A DNA stretch of 64,000 bases from Klebsormidium nitens (taxonomy: Eukaryota > Plantae > Klebsormidiophyceae), in NCBI GenBank assembly GCA_000708835.1, contig DF237400.1, forward strand, positions 11,934 to 75,933, written 5' to 3'. This document shows positions 23,701 through 38,700 of the stretch, one piece after another. Position 1 is the first letter of the stretch, and each line of letters opens with the position of its first letter. A program made the translations under genes and the position numbers. A model generated the notes under the pieces. The model made no database searches. It was not told the origin of the DNA and saw only the letters and a list, made by a program, of their open reading frames with translations.

Positions 23701-26700
23701 ACCCTTGCCTTCGGATCGCAACAAAAAGGAAGCCTAACAAAAAGTTAGCAGGGTTATTGAGATCGTCTCAAAGTTGTCAACGATAACGCCTCAACCAGAC
23801 CTGATGGTCAAGTCAATGAGATGCTCATGTGATGCGCTCTCGATCAGTCCCGTCACCTGCATTTCGTTGGTGTTGCCGATGCTGGTGACCAGCGTGGACC
23901 AGAAGCCGAGGATGCCGCGCGGGCGCTGCGCGGGTGCGAGCAGGAGCGTGAGCTTGAAGTGCAGGTCGGTGAGGTTGAGCAGGCCGATGCGCACGCGCGG
24001 GTCCACGGTGACGGACGTGCTGTGCTCCTCCACCAGGCGGCCCAGCTTCAGCCGCGACAGCATCTCCACCAGCCGCCACAGGAGCGGCTCGTGAATGTTC
24101 AGCAGCCACGCCGACTCCGCAAACTGCGAGGGAAAACAACGTCTTGAGCGCGAGAATGAAAGTGGGCGAGCGCAAATGCAAACGAAACGACGAATAATGT
24201 TGAAACTTCAAATGGAAGTGCTTCGCAGTAGGTTCGCAGCGACCGGGGCAATCCGGGGCGACTTTCGGGAGCCATCTTTCACTTAGGTAGTCTCCGGGAG
24301 ATCCAGTGGGAGAGACGCTCCGTTTACAGAAGCATTTATGTGAGCTTGAAAAGCCCTATTTCTTCTTTCCCTGAACCCTTTTGCAAGGGAGTCGTGAGAT
24401 TTTCCACAGCCAAGACCACCCAGTGGGCATTCGCGCATTGTTCCCGTGCAGGCGCCGTTGCGGGGTGTGTGTGCCTCACCTGCACCCCGACGTAGGGGTA
24501 CGTCTGCACCTGGTCGGCGGGCGCACTCTGCATGCTGAGCGTGACCTTGAGCACACACTCGGGCCGCACGCCGTGCGTGGCCTCCTCGAGCGCCATGATG
24601 ACCGGCATCGGCGTCAGCGCCAGCTGGTTGTCAATTTGGAGGCTGCCCACTTGCACCTCGAACCTGCGCGTAAGGGCCCCCGTCGTTCATTTGTGCGCGC
24701 GGCAGTCTTCACATGATAACGCGTCTCCTTGTGCGGAAACCAGAGCTGAACGGCTGCCTACACGGAAGCGGTAATCATGTACCAGTGCTTTCGAAGCATC
24801 AAGTCCCACCTAACTTCTTATTGTAGTCAGTAGCGTTGAGCTGTTGAGGTTCGACTGGCTCCAAGAACGTCAAAGTGCAGAAATTCACAAACCTGGTGAT
24901 TCCCCCCGCCAGTCCCGTTGAGTAGGCGACGCTGGCCCCGTGCATGGCGAGGAAGAGCAGCTCCTCGGGGCTGTGGTCCACAATGGAGATGCCCAAGTCG
25001 TGTATGTCGAACAGCATGTGGAACTCCATCTCCTTGCCGGCTTCGGCTCGGTTCAAGAGACCGGGCGCCTCGACTGCATCGCTGCTGGCGCCGAGGCCGG
25101 CAAAGGACGGGGTGCGTGAAACGATTGCCAGGTCACCTGCAGCAAGTCGAGCTTAAAGTCGGAAGTCCTCCTCTATGGTTCGTCCTTTGACTCTCGGAAC
25201 GCCGAGGCCAATGGTCTCTATTGTCTACCAAAGCACTCCACCGATTCATGAGATGGTCAGCTCAATTCAAGCACTGTTTATCCAAGCATGGCAAGCATGG
25301 CAGTGACAGAAACGAACCGACCACTTGCAACCATGACCAAGACGAACAGCCCCCACGGGCTCGGGCCGCGCAGTCTCCTGAAAGGAAGAACCCAAAACAG
25401 GACTAGACGAAGACGTTGCGTTGAACCAAGTATCAAAAAGACGCACCGGTGCTGGGCTTCCAGTCCTCGACCCGCAGCACCATGGCCGCCCCCTCGCGGT
25501 AGACGCTGCAGTGCAGCGCGGCCACGGGCCCGCGCGTGGACGCGAGCGGCGGGTACTCGGCGACCTGGTCCAGGCCGTAGGAGCGCGCCGTGGCGGGGTC
25601 CGCGCCGTCCACCAGGACCTCCACCATGCGCTCGCGGAGCAGGTCCTCCCAGTTGAAGCTGGCGCTGCTGCCCGGCCGCAGACACACCCACGACGACTCG
25701 GCGCTGCCCTTCTGACGGAACCGGATGGGCAGCACCAACGACCGGTTCTCCAACCTGGGAGGATGTGAGAGCGAAAAATGAGCCATCCTCAGCTTTTCCA
25801 TCATTTGCCCCGCGACCCACTTCGGATCTTATAAGAAGAAGTTCAGTGCTGCCAGAGGGACGAGTGCCTCAACTTCCACCACTTGAGGCGACTACACAAT
25901 CTTGGGACCATCCTCACACCAGAAGTCTGCACTTACTGAAAGCAAGGGCCTTAAAGTGGCAAGGGGTCGACTTCAACGACATATTTCGTGTTTGGGGAAA
26001 ACTATCGCAGAGCAAGGGCCCCTTGTTCGGGTGATTTTTTCAAATACGAGATAGCTGATTGGTTTTCGAAGGGCCAGAAACAACCGAATCCCGATGATCA
26101 CGTTCCCGCTGGCTGTTGCGGTCACCTCAGAGCCGGCATGACTCACTTGTGGGGCCCATGCGCCGAGCACGCCCTGAAGACCACCGAGAAGCGCGAGGCC
26201 GCCACCCCGTTCCGGATCTCCGCTCGGATCATCTGGCGCGAGTTGTCGGCGACCGTGCGCAGCGTGATGTGCAGCATGCCCTCCGCAGCCAAGCTGAACG
26301 GCTGGCTCCACCGGCTGCTGTCATTGCGCACCTGGAGAATAACACAAGCATTCGAAACCCTACGAACTGCCTTCGCACGATGGCGAAGCATTCGAGTTCT
26401 CGTTGGCTCATATTTTCAGCATGTTGAGATCGCGCCTTTAATGCAAGCCTCTCGAGTAACGATGTCAAAGCAACGTCCCAGAAACAGGGTCAGTTGGTTA
26501 CACTCACTTCTGGAGCCTACAATGAGGTTTCTTTTCAAGACGTGAGCTTGGCACTGGGGCTGGGTGATTACCGCGCCGATCTCCAACCAACATCTAGCGG
26601 AATAGTCGCTAGTGCGTCCTTGTCCCTCACCTGCACCAGCTCTTGCTCGTAGATGGACCTCCAGAGCAGCGGCCGCGCCACGTCCGCGGGCCCCAGCACG

Positions 26701-29700
26701 TCCTCGTCGGGCACCGCGAGCTGCTTGATGTACAGCGTCTGGCCCAGCCGGTTGGTGAACACGGTGTGCGGCTGCAGCCGGATCACCTTGGTCCGCTCGT
26801 ACCCGTACGACGACATCTCGATGCTCGCGGACAGCTTCGCGTACGTCCCGCTCGAGTTGACCGCGTTCAGGTCGATGCGGTCCAACTGCAAAGGCAGCAC
26901 GTGCTGAATGTTAGACAGGCGTGGCAAGGCCTTTCACAACCAGGATCGACTCTTTGTTTCCAGAAATAACTGTTGTAGGAGCAGGAGTCAAGCAAAGGCT
27001 TACGGATGCTGTAAACTGCATAACGGCACCAGACAGTTTCAGGCGCCAACAAGGTGCGGCTGATAGTGAGGTTCTGAAGTCGATAGTCGATGAATATCGA
27101 GGCCAACCGGTTTTAGTCTTAGACTCCCGTCGCGTTTAGCCGTACCCAATCCCGCCCAGTCTTGCGGAACAAGAAAATAGACAAACTGCTTGCAGCTCAA
27201 GGGCTTCCGACGCAATCCTGCCACTCCTTTTCGAAACAGGTTAGGTGCGGGTAAGCAGCCTGACCTGTTCCTCGAAGGCCCTGAAGGGGATGGCCATGCT
27301 GACGACGCCGTCGTGGCCCAGGCTGACGGCGAGGCCGACCCGGTCCGAGGTGGGCAGACTCAGCATGACGGGCAGATCGTGCTGGTCCTCGATCGCCTCC
27401 AGGCTCTTCACGATGCGCTGCAGCGATGCGGCCGCGCTGCGCACCGCGGGCTTGGCGCTAGGCAGCCTCGGCGCTTTGCTGGCCTTGCCGACGTCCTCGA
27501 CTTCGGTGAGGCGATACGACAGAGGGACGCCCGCCTCGTTCTTGAGCCAGTAGGGAACGTAGAGCCGCACTCGCTTGGCCGCCACGTCAGTTTCGCCCAG
27601 GTCGTGCTCGACGCTGATGCGAAGCCGGCGACCGCTGCGCGTGTTGGACACCATGAAGCTGCTCGGCAGCTCCGCCTCGATCCTGGTCGGGTCGCTGATC
27701 AACACCAAGTCGCGCTCAGGTTTCCAAGCTCCCTGAGGCCACCACGAGAGGAAGATCGGCCGCCGAACGTCCACAGAGGAGATCTGTGTACTCGCGCCAG
27801 ACTCGATGACCCCCCGCTGCCGAAGAACGGGAGCCGTCCGCTTTGGTTTCTCCCAGATCTGGTACTCAGCGCGCACAGGTAGCAGGTTGCTCACGGTCAG
27901 CGGAGCAGCCACCGTCAACCGCCAGTCTTGCACGGGGTTGTTCATCTCGCTGCGAAAAGCACACAAGCTAGATCAGGAACCGTAAAAGCGAAGCCCAGAG
28001 TGCCGGCGTATGTTGAGAAGAAGCGTCTGAATGTATGGAACCATCCTTCGCAATCTACAAAGAGGACTCAGGACACTAAGATAAGCAGCCCCAGAAATTT
28101 GATGGCCTTTTCGCATGCACGAACATTCCCTACACAAGCATGGCAATCAGCACTAGCCGTCGTTTGAATGCAGACCAAGAGCAGTTGTAGGGCCGCAATC
28201 AGCTTGAAGGAGCACACTGGTCAAAGCCTTGCTTCCGAATCGACCCAGGAGTACCTTCAAGTGACTCGAGCTTTCTCATTTTGGTGGGCCAGACAGTAGC
28301 TTGCTGATCTCACCTGAACGATGCTCGCAGATTGGACCAAACACCCGCAATACTCTGGAAACACCTCTCGATAAATTTACTATGCAGCCGTACCGCGATG
28401 TGTCTCACCTGTAGAGGATGGATGCGTCCGCTTCCATGCTGAGCCACGCCGGCCCGTGCGGCGCCTCTCCGCTCCTGGGCAGCGGGTTGCACAGCAGCAG
28501 CTCCTCCGTCTTGCTCAAGCTGCGCAGCTGGAACACGTTCCCTGGCACCCCGTCCTTGTTCTGCGCCGACGGCCCGCTGTTGAGCCGCGCCAGGCCGCCG
28601 CTGATGCCCCGCATGAGGCTGCCGCTGCCGCCGCCGTCGCTGCCGAGGCTCTCCTCCGGGTGGGCAATCTCCGCCTTGGCCACGGGCCGGCCCCACGCGT
28701 GCCACGCCGCTGTCGGCCCGGCAGCAGACTGCGGCCGCACCTGGACAAGAAGGCGAGGAGGGCCCCGGTGAATCCTGGCTGAGCAGAATCTGTTCAAAGT
28801 GCCCCGCAAAGAATGAAGTGCAAGAACAGGCCCTAATGAAGAAACTGGTTGTCAATGAAAAATGTCTCTGGCATTCTGCGCGTGAATGAATCACCAGCAA
28901 CCCTTCAATTTGAGCTTCCAAGCGGACTAGAGCACTGTGAGTTCCGTAAAGCTTTTTATGCGGTTGAAACTCGTCGAATACGAGCTCCTAGAGAAAGGTC
29001 CTTCTAAGGATTTTTCGCCATCAGCTTCTACAAAGCACTTACGGACATTGAAGAGTCTACAAGATTCGTACTTACTTGCACACAGAAATCTGAGCCAGGC
29101 CGCAAGCTGGTCCACGGCATGGAGATGGTACCACCACTGGGAACGACTCCCACTCCCAGCCGAGCGCCACCCTCCTCGTCGGACACCCGCCTGATACATG
29201 GAAGGACCTCAGAGTCAATGAAGGAACGACCAACGTTGCGCAGACTCCAAAATGCACCAGGAGCAAGGCCAACCAAGGTTGTTTGGCTTCTTCCTGTTTC
29301 GAGAACTCAAGAGCGTAGTGGGAACTGCCGGTTCGAAGGATGACGCGGAGAAGAAGTTGAATGAGTCAGGAACGGGCAGCATTCACGCTGAAGCCAAAGG
29401 AGCAGAGTATCAGCGTCATTGGCTTGCGGGCTGCGGAACAGCGTACCTCCTGGTTCTGATCCACCTCCTCCGCCGAGCAAAGTCGAAGGGGCCCTTCTTC
29501 CGGGACTTGACAGTGGGGGGTGGCCATCTCAGGCTTTTGAAGTCCATGTTGTAGGCCCAACCGTCGATGTCGACGTACCCCACTTTGTCGACGTGCCAGT
29601 CCGAGCTCCACTCCCAGCCAGGCGGTAGCGGTATGTTTATGAAATCCTGGAAAAAAGTACAGAATTCAAGCCAAAAGTAGGTGTCAACAAAAGCCCGGCT

Positions 29701-32700
29701 TTTATGTACTCAACTTCAATATTTTTCGTAGCTCCTGAGACTAACGCTTGATCTGGTATAATCAGACTTCTTCTTCTGACTTCGAAAGGCCAGCCTCGGT
29801 CAGTTTGGAATGCACGCTCAATTTGATTAAGGAATTTCTGCTCGTGAAACGCGCATTTGTCAGAAAGGAGGTGTATAAACGGAATTAACCGACAAGCCTA
29901 GAGGACGAAGACCTTGAAGCTCTACGTTGTAGCTCGAGCCACGATGCTGGCAGGCGCATCTAGGTTTCACCAGACTCGCCATCCGCTTCCTGTAGCGCCC
30001 ACCCGCGTCCACGGTCCTGACCTGGCTCGACTGCCCGCCGTCCGCGGTGCTCCAGCGCGAGGGGTCCCCTGGCACGAAGTTGCCGGGCCACTTGGAGCCC
30101 CACCCCCGGATGGGCTGGTACCGCTGGTTCTCGAACTGCTCCTCCACCACCACCGCGGAGCCGTCCGCGGGGCTGTTCACGCTCGCGTCCGCGTGGTCCA
30201 GCAGCGCGCGCGGGCAGATGCACACCTCCAGCGCGCAGTCCAGCTCGTTGGCCAGCACCACCAGGCTGCGCAGCTCCACGAACTTGAGGCCCGCCTTCAG
30301 GACCACGTCCACCGCGAAGTGCGCGTCGCCCAGCCGCTCGGGATACGTGGTCAGCGCGAGCACCGACCGGAGGGCCGTCCACGGGCCGTCCTCGCCTAGC
30401 CCCAGCTGCACCGAGCGCTGCAGCAGGCCCTCGTCCGCATCGCCCGTGCTCGACGACTTGAGGAACGCGAGAGCCACCTCGACTTGCCCCCCCGCCGGAG
30501 TCTTCTCCTGGTCGCCCACGACATGCAGCGGGAACGTCTTGACCGCCACCTCCGGCCAGGTGAAGCCCTTCCGCGGATCCAGGTGCTCCCGCACGACCTG
30601 CCACTTGTTCTGCTGCACTTCGCTGGCCTCGCTTACGGGGATCGACGCTGCGCCGACCGGCTCTCCGCGCCCCCCGTTGGCGGCCTGGTTCAGAACCGTG
30701 AGCTCGAGCTCCGACCTGCCAGCACCGGCGGGAATCTCGAACAGGAACACCTCGTCCCACCGCACGACTGTCCTGCCCTGCACTTCCAAACCCGGCTCCA
30801 CGCATCTCGTTCGCGCTCTTTGCGGCAGCACCTTCGACTCGCGACCCTTGCGCGGCTGGCCGCTTGAGAGCACCTCCAGAGCACACAAGTACTCCCGATC
30901 GCTGACGCCTGCTGCTCCGGGCAGGTCCCACCCAGCGGAAACGCGCACGGCCACAAACTGTCGAGGCGCCCTGGTTTCGTCTTGGTGCGTGAACCCTGCC
31001 GTGTAGAGCTCGGGGAAACGAGGCGGGGGAAGCCGCACGACTGCGCACTCACCCGCCGACAGCTGCTGGATGGACGAGTAGTCCGCGTCCACGGCTTGGA
31101 CGAAGACGGTGAGGCCCAGCTTGTTCTCCATGGTCACCCGCGCGAAGTCGTCCTGGTCCAGCGCGGAGGACCCCTCCACGGCCACAGGACCGTCCGCCAA
31201 ATCACCGCCAGACGCCAAGGCCTGAAAGAGAAAAGAGAGGAAATGTTTTCGAGCTGAATGCGCAATAGGTGATCCGAAGGTGATTCTGCGCATAATATTG
31301 AGCTGAGAGGAAAGAGAGCCACCTTCTCACATATTGCCTTAATATTGGCACCGCAATCATAAGAAGCATCTTGCTGGTTTCTTCCTTGTAGCGGTCAGGA
31401 CGATACAGTCTCACGCACAGTGAACAAGCTGAAACATTCCCGCCACCAACGGAACCACAACTGTCTCCATAGGAGAAAAGAACAATGAACCAAGCGTTCG
31501 ATGAAGATGCCGTCGTCGAAATGAAACTTCGCTGTCAGTACGATTTGCAGTAAGCCAGTTTATCATATTGCAACGGACTGCAAGGTGCTCAGTCGCAATT
31601 TTCGCTGTCAGCTTTGCACTAAGCGAGATAACCAATAAACGATTCTTGAATCAAGCTCGTATGGACGGTGTGCTGGTGCGGAGTCTTACTCGCATCCAAC
31701 CTCAAAAAGATCAGCAGGCACACGCTTTGGCGATCGAGATTGGTGAGAGGTGAGAGTCTTTGGAAGCCAAAGAAACGAACCGCCGGGCAGTCTTAATTGC
31801 CCGGCATCGGATTCTAAACAAGAACTCTTTGCTCGACTGCGCTTACCATTTGCAGCTCCTTCCTGGCGTCCTCTTCGAGCTCCACGTTCCGCTTCCACGC
31901 CAGCTGCGCTGCCACCAGTGTCTCCACGCTGGCGCTGCTGACGTTGACGTTGATGACACTGCTGGCGGCGACCCGCAGGCGCGAGCCCGCGGGGAGGGCC
32001 TGCTCCGAGGGGTCGTTGTTGGACTCCCACTTGACCAGCCCCTCCCACGGCTCCACGGCGGGCTCCCACGCATCCAGCTGGCTGTTGAACGTGGAGGCCG
32101 CCATGGACGTGATCATGACCGCGTTCATCAGCTCCGGTCGGCCGTGGGCCAGCAGGTTCGTGCCGCTGATGCTCACGTCAGCCACCGGGTTCATCTGCAC
32201 AGCAGAGTGCGGTGACTGTCATCATGAATATTACCAGTCAAGACAGCAGAGCCATGAAAGTAGATCAGGCCGACTTGTTCCAAGAAAGACATAAAGGCCG
32301 CGTATTGCACGTGAAAAGATGGACGTTAAGCTTTTATTGTACGCTCCCGCGCTTTCGCTTGACCCGCTCACACTGGAGGCCTGAGCAACACACGTGGTAC
32401 TGTAGAAAGGTAGCTCGAACAATGCGAACATGTCTCCTCAGGTGTCTGTGACGTTCACAGGAGGCGGGCCGCATATCAGCAGTCAAAAGCAGATGGGAAT
32501 CCGCAGAGGTCGGCAGACGAACACAGCCGCAGGCCTTCCAGCGAGATGGAAAACCGAAAGAAGTCAAAACTTACCAGTCCGGAGAAGTCGTCAAAAGCCG
32601 TGATTGACATTCGGCCGGTCTTGACCTCCATGGCGATGTTCTCCGGCAGCTTTGGCTTTCCCAGCTCCGCCAAGCCAAAGGCCATGCGCCATGGGGGAGG

Positions 32701-35700
32701 CTTCAGATCGCTCCGCACCATGAAGGTTCCGGCTTGGTTCTCCACCCGCCAGAAGCTGCACGACGATGCCCCTTTGCCAGCCTTCCCAAGAGACTCCCAC
32801 ACCGGTCGCGCCTGGAAGTGGGCCTGGAAAGGAGCATATCTCTCGTTAAACTAGAGCGTCACACGCCGCACGATTATTGAACGTCGTGAATCTGTAATCC
32901 GGATTTGAAGAACAACCACAAAGCAAGCCGCAAGAAACCTCATCATATAGTCGCACATGAGGTATAAGTCAGGGTTCAAAAGCCTCGTTGAGAACAGCAT
33001 AACAGCAGAACACTGAACGTCTGAGTGCAAAGGCTTCCCTCCTGCGTACCCTCTTTCGATGGCAGACAAGAGGAACTTACCTGGTTCACGAGATCCATCC
33101 TGACACAGCGCACGCAATCCGGATCCGGAGGGTTGAAGCCCCTTGACCCAACACAGCCGAGTGCCACATAGCCGGGTGGGGCCACAGGGAGCCACACGGA
33201 CGCCTCCTCGATGTTCTTGCCCACCAGGTGCGCTCGCGCTTTGAACCCCAACGGGCGCGCAAGCCGCCCGGTGCCATCGTCACGCATCACAAGGCCACCC
33301 ACGGGAGGCTCGTACCTGCAAGGCAAATGCCACAGATCAATAGTAACATCGAGATGATCATCATGATTTGAGAATGGAGATGTGGGTCGCATTCTGCAAA
33401 CAAGACCAAGACTGCCCAACGATAAAAATGGTGTTACTTCGGTAAAAGACGGCCATCTTGATTCTGATCGCGACGTCGCGTAGCACAAGATCACCCAAAG
33501 GATACCCGAACCCGCGACTAGGGCGCCAGAATAACTTCGAGGCGATGAGACGGGTCGACACCCGCACGAAGTGGCTCTGATATCAGTACCGATTCAAGCT
33601 TCTTTGAGCGATTCGAAGAACCGGGTTCAGAAACTGATGACCATCGAATTCCACCCAGTTGAAGAAGCTTGGCCGTTGTGCTGTAACCTCTGATTCACAC
33701 ACGCTGAGCAACAACCTAGACACTTCCTGCAGAAGAAGGCATGGAGCAAAAGCTCACCCCGCCATGGCGTAGTCCCCAAGCATTGCATAGCCAGTGGGAA
33801 CGATGGGCCTCCAAATGGACACGTGTCTCTTTGCATCGGACCCTTTGTCCCACCACATCCGCTCAAAATGAGCAACGCTTGAGTAGTACTTCCCCGCTCT
33901 CGACGTTAAGCTCTCCAGTTTTCCTCGAGTGCTTCCCTGCAGGCAGATGAAGCTTGCCTTCATCAAAGATAGCTCGTTTCGTGCAGCTGTGCATTACGAA
34001 ATGCAAGCTGAGGACTGCTCAAACATCGTTCCAAAGTACGTTCCTCAGCTTTGCCAACAAGAGGACAGCGGCTGCAAGTGAGGCAGAAAACGCAGGAAAG
34101 ACGAATATGAGGCTTGATCGAGACATTAGTCCCCCGAGGCAGCCTTACCTGCATGTCCAGTCGCCGGCTGCTCTGACTGGGGCTGCTGGGCTGGTCTCTC
34201 GGAGTCGCGCCTGGAGTGGTGGCGGTCGGAGTGATCTGGGAGTAGCGCAGGAACTCCCGGAGGTCGTATGCCGAGGATGGAGGCGGCTGATTCACGTCCA
34301 TGTGCGCCACGAAGGTGCCGAAGGCGTTCTCGATACGCCAGATGGAGCTGCTCGGGTAGGGGTACCCCACACTGCAAGGAACACGTGCCCTGATCTAGTA
34401 CTCAATACGCCAGATGGACCATGGAACGACCGAAGACGGAGCTATATCTTCAATTCTGGCTATGCCAGTGTAGACTTGAAGGAACGGTACGATTGAATTG
34501 CAGCCTGCACTCGCACCAGCTCCGATTGGCTTGATTTGTTGCAAAGAAAGAAGTTCACACTTCACAGCGTGTGGCTTACCTAGGCTGGGCCTTAACGTAG
34601 TAGATGCAGTCGCTGAAGCTGGACGACGTCAGCAGGTCCATCCGAACGCACGCCGCCAGGCTGAGCGGCGGAGGATGCGGGCCCCTCCAGGCAACGCAAC
34701 CCACAGCCACATACCCTTGCGGCGCAACCGGGAGCCAGACAGTGCACTCTCGGGCAGAAGTTCCGTTCGAGCCCCCACTTGCTTCCGATCCCCCGCTGTC
34801 GTCCTCGCTGCTGCTCCCCGTGCGCAGGCTGCTGGAGGTCCACACCAGCTCGTACGCCAGCGGCCGCTTGACGCGCTCGAACGCGGTGCTGACGGCCATT
34901 ACACTCTGCGACGGGGGCGCTGCACCCGACGTGGCACAGTCTCCCACGACAGCATAACCGGGGGGCACCCGTGGCCGCCAGAACGCGACTTGCTGCTGGG
35001 AGCTGGCGAGAGTCTCGTTGAGCCAGATCCTGTCGAACTGGGAGCAGCGGGCCGCTATCTGATCGCCTCCCAGGTGGAAAGTCGACACCAAGTCGGCTTC
35101 GAGCCGCTGGAGGAGCCGCAGGACGTTGCCCGTGACACGGACTGTGATTGGGGAGATGGCGAGAGCCAGGTCTTGCTTGTCGTTGTGCTTGGAGAAGTCG
35201 AGGGTTGCGTTGAAAGGATCGATGACCGTGAGCCCGGAGCCGCCTTCCAGTCGCATGCCTTTGAGCACAGCGCTCGCGCGCTGGTCCTCGCCCTGGCTGG
35301 TGAGCATACAGCTGAAGTCGGTCCGCGCGCGCAACAGCTTCTCCGGCCGCAGCACGCTCCCTACCGGCCACTTAGTGGTGTCGTAAAACGTCAGCTCTAC
35401 GCCCACGGCTTGAACGTCAAGCGCCATCGCTAGATCCGTTCCTTCCGCCGTGAGAGAAGAGGACGTAATTCCGGCTTCCTCGTCCGCTCTGGCCGGCTTG
35501 GAGAGGAGGAATGCGGGCGTGCCCTGCGCATCCTGGATGACACACCCGTCCTCGGGCGCGGCGCTGTAGCTGCTGTCCGCCCCGAGGTGCACGCACGCGT
35601 CCAGGTGCACGCCGCCCTGGATGCGCACATTGCGGAAGCGCAGCCGTTTGCCGTTGCCGATCAGGATGAGCGGGGCCGGGGGCAGGCCCGCCACCACGGG

Positions 35701-38700
35701 GCCGCCCTCCTCCGCCAGAAGGTACAGCGCACCGCCATTGCCGTCGTACACAAACTCGCTCAAGTGGGGCCCGTCCACTTCCAGCTGCCGCTCCGGGGAC
35801 AAGCACGCGTCGGGCGCTTCTTGGACGTACTCGGGCCCGTCGAGCCGCACGTTGCCTTGCATCCCCACGGGGTCAGAGCGCACAGTCGGGGCGCTGCATT
35901 CCGAGGAGTGGAAGGAGGGGACGAAAAAGTCGGCGATGGCGAGCAGGAAGTCCAGGCTGACCAGCAGGCGGGGCTTCTGGGTGCGCAGCGCAAGGCTGCG
36001 ACCGCTCTTGGTGGCGCGGTAGTCCAGCAGCAGCATGGTCAGCCGCGGAAGCTCGGGTGAGCCGGTTGTGGCGACACAAGGAGCCGCGGCGCCAGGCAGC
36101 GAGGCATCCGCCACGGGCACTCCGCGAGAGTCCACGTCGATGGCGGACCCGACCATGAAGCCTGCAGAGTAGCGGAACAACAAACTCAACAACCATTCAA
36201 TTGGAGGCAGAGAGGGATCACACAGTGCAGAGAAGATCAGACTTTGTGTCCGGAATGGCAAGGCACTACAGCAGTTGACGCTTCGATGTAAACGGATGCA
36301 AGACTCCACGAACTCCGTTTTCAAGCACCTGGGAAGCCCACGACCTTGCGATGATCAGAGTCAAGTGTCAACTGCGCAATCGTTCCGGGAAACGGCGCAG
36401 ATGCAACAAACGCTTATAAATGTTTGGTAAAACTTACGCATTTCGGTCTTGGTGCTCGGTCTGGTGTCCATGACAGAGAACTGGGGGAGAGTCACCAGCA
36501 CCTCTTGTTCGCCAGCCGAGGTTGAGCGGTACACTTGCCAGAGGTTTCGGATCTGCACATCAGCAGTGATGGGCCGTAAGCTTCCGAGCGCTTGCAACCC
36601 TTAAGCTGCCAAAGCGGACTCATCCGACGTTATCCAAGCGACCCACCCCCGGCATCTGGTCACAAAAGCTCGACCAAACAGGCAGATGGTGCTGATGCGG
36701 ATGGCAGACGCAACATTTGAAGTGGGTAGCTCGAGAAGGATGGGGCGAGCTTAGACAGGATCAATTACAAGTCCATCCAACAGAAGACGCAACGTCTCGT
36801 GCAGCGCCATGAGCTTTTGCTCGAGAGGGTCGAGCGCTCACCATGAGGCTCGCTAGTGAGGCGTCCCTCTCCAAGCCAAGGAAGAGCTCCAGCTCGGCTT
36901 GCTCCACGCGCACGACCACGCGGTTGGTGGTCCACGGCGCGCGCAGGCCCAGCTCCGCCTCGCCCACCTCGGCGGCCTCCCCACCGGGAGCAGTGCCTGA
37001 AGCATCCACCACGGCCGCCACATCTGGGGCCGCATCCCCGCTCTGCTGCCCGGTACCCCGGAAGGTGGGTATAGCCCGCTTCGGCTCCGCTATGTTGCTC
37101 GCTGCGCACGCTGTGATGACGTGATACTCCTTGTCGGACATCACCGCACGAAGCTTTTGAATCTGTCATGAGACATGCGAGTACTTGGTCAGACTCCAAG
37201 AGTAAGTAAAGCGGAAATGGCTCGTATCCAGCAGAGAATCTTGCAAGGCTCCTCTTTCGAAAATGATGCGTGTTCTACCTTCTCCGAACGTCAGAAAGTT
37301 TCCCAGATATCGTAGATGCTGACAGAACCAAAGATCAACCGACATACTGGAGTGCAGCAAGTTGGAACCCCTAAGCTGACTTTCATGGGCCGTAGAGCCT
37401 CGTTCGAAAGCACCTCCTCCGCATAGCTGCATCCATGCACGAAGCGTGCGCGCTTGGTCTTACCTGCACGTCCGTCTCCACCTCCGGCAGCCGCTTGAAC
37501 AGGTCTCGGAGGGGCCTCTTGACGGTCACAGTCACGCCTTGAACGTCCTCGAACATCGGCCGCCCGGCCTGGCCGTCGATGCCCACAATGAACTGCAAGT
37601 CTTGGCCCTGGAATAACCACAGCTTCGAAATGTCAGCCATGCGCCCATGCCGCTAGCGACTGAAAGGCAGCTTTCGAAACTAGCACAGTGAAAAGCTGGT
37701 TATTCTACTGAATGGACTCTCCTCTGACTTGTCAAAAGTGCTAACATAGTGAACACTTGGTATTTGGCTATATTCACTGGCGTGGTCACTCTGGCCGCAC
37801 ATAGCCATCGACATAAATCTTCATGGAACTTTAGAGACAAGGAACAATAAACCCACAGCAAACGAAGGAGGAAACGGAGCAACACGGAGCGGAACCTGAC
37901 AGAACGGAAGGAACGGAACGGACTTCGGCGGAACGCAAGACGGTAGCATTCTCTCCGTTTCAACACGCTGCCCAATAGTCTGGTCAGACCATGGAGTGGC
38001 AGAAAATGACGAGGAACGCCTACCTTGATCTCCATGATATCCAGATGCACGGCGAAGGGCTCCTCCTTGACGCCGCCGCGCCATTCGAAGCGATTGGACA
38101 GTTGCAAATGACCCAGATCAAGTTGCATAAACCTGCAGGAACAGGCGTCTCTTCCAGATGGGTCCCAGCTCTTCAAAGAGAGTCCAACTAAGCATCGACT
38201 TGACTTGACCAATCTGGAATGCAATCCACATGACAACCTGACACGTACTGAAACGAAGCTCCAGATCGAAAGCACAACGTATGCCCCCGTGAAGCACTGC
38301 GACTCTGCACGAGAATGGTCAAAACTACGGACAGATACCGGTTACGACGCTATTGCTCAGCATGAGTGGAACGCTGCTACTTCAAGTTGCTCATTGCTGG
38401 TTACTCACTCGTTGCTGTCGGAGGTTTTGGGCATCTTGATGACGGGAGCGTCGGCTACGATGTCCAGTTTCAGCGCCACGCCTCCGTCCAGCTCGGACTG
38501 CTTGATCAGCCGCTCCACGCCGGCGTTCTCCACGACCTGGACCACCGTGCCCGTGTCGGGGGTGGCCAGCGCGTGGAAGTAGTCCATCAACTGCGCAAAA
38601 ACAGCGGTAAGAAGATGTGAACCTGCAGCGCCTCACTCGACAGCTGCCAAACAAAACTTGACAGTGCCTTCAAGCAAACCATTCCACTGAATCAAACACC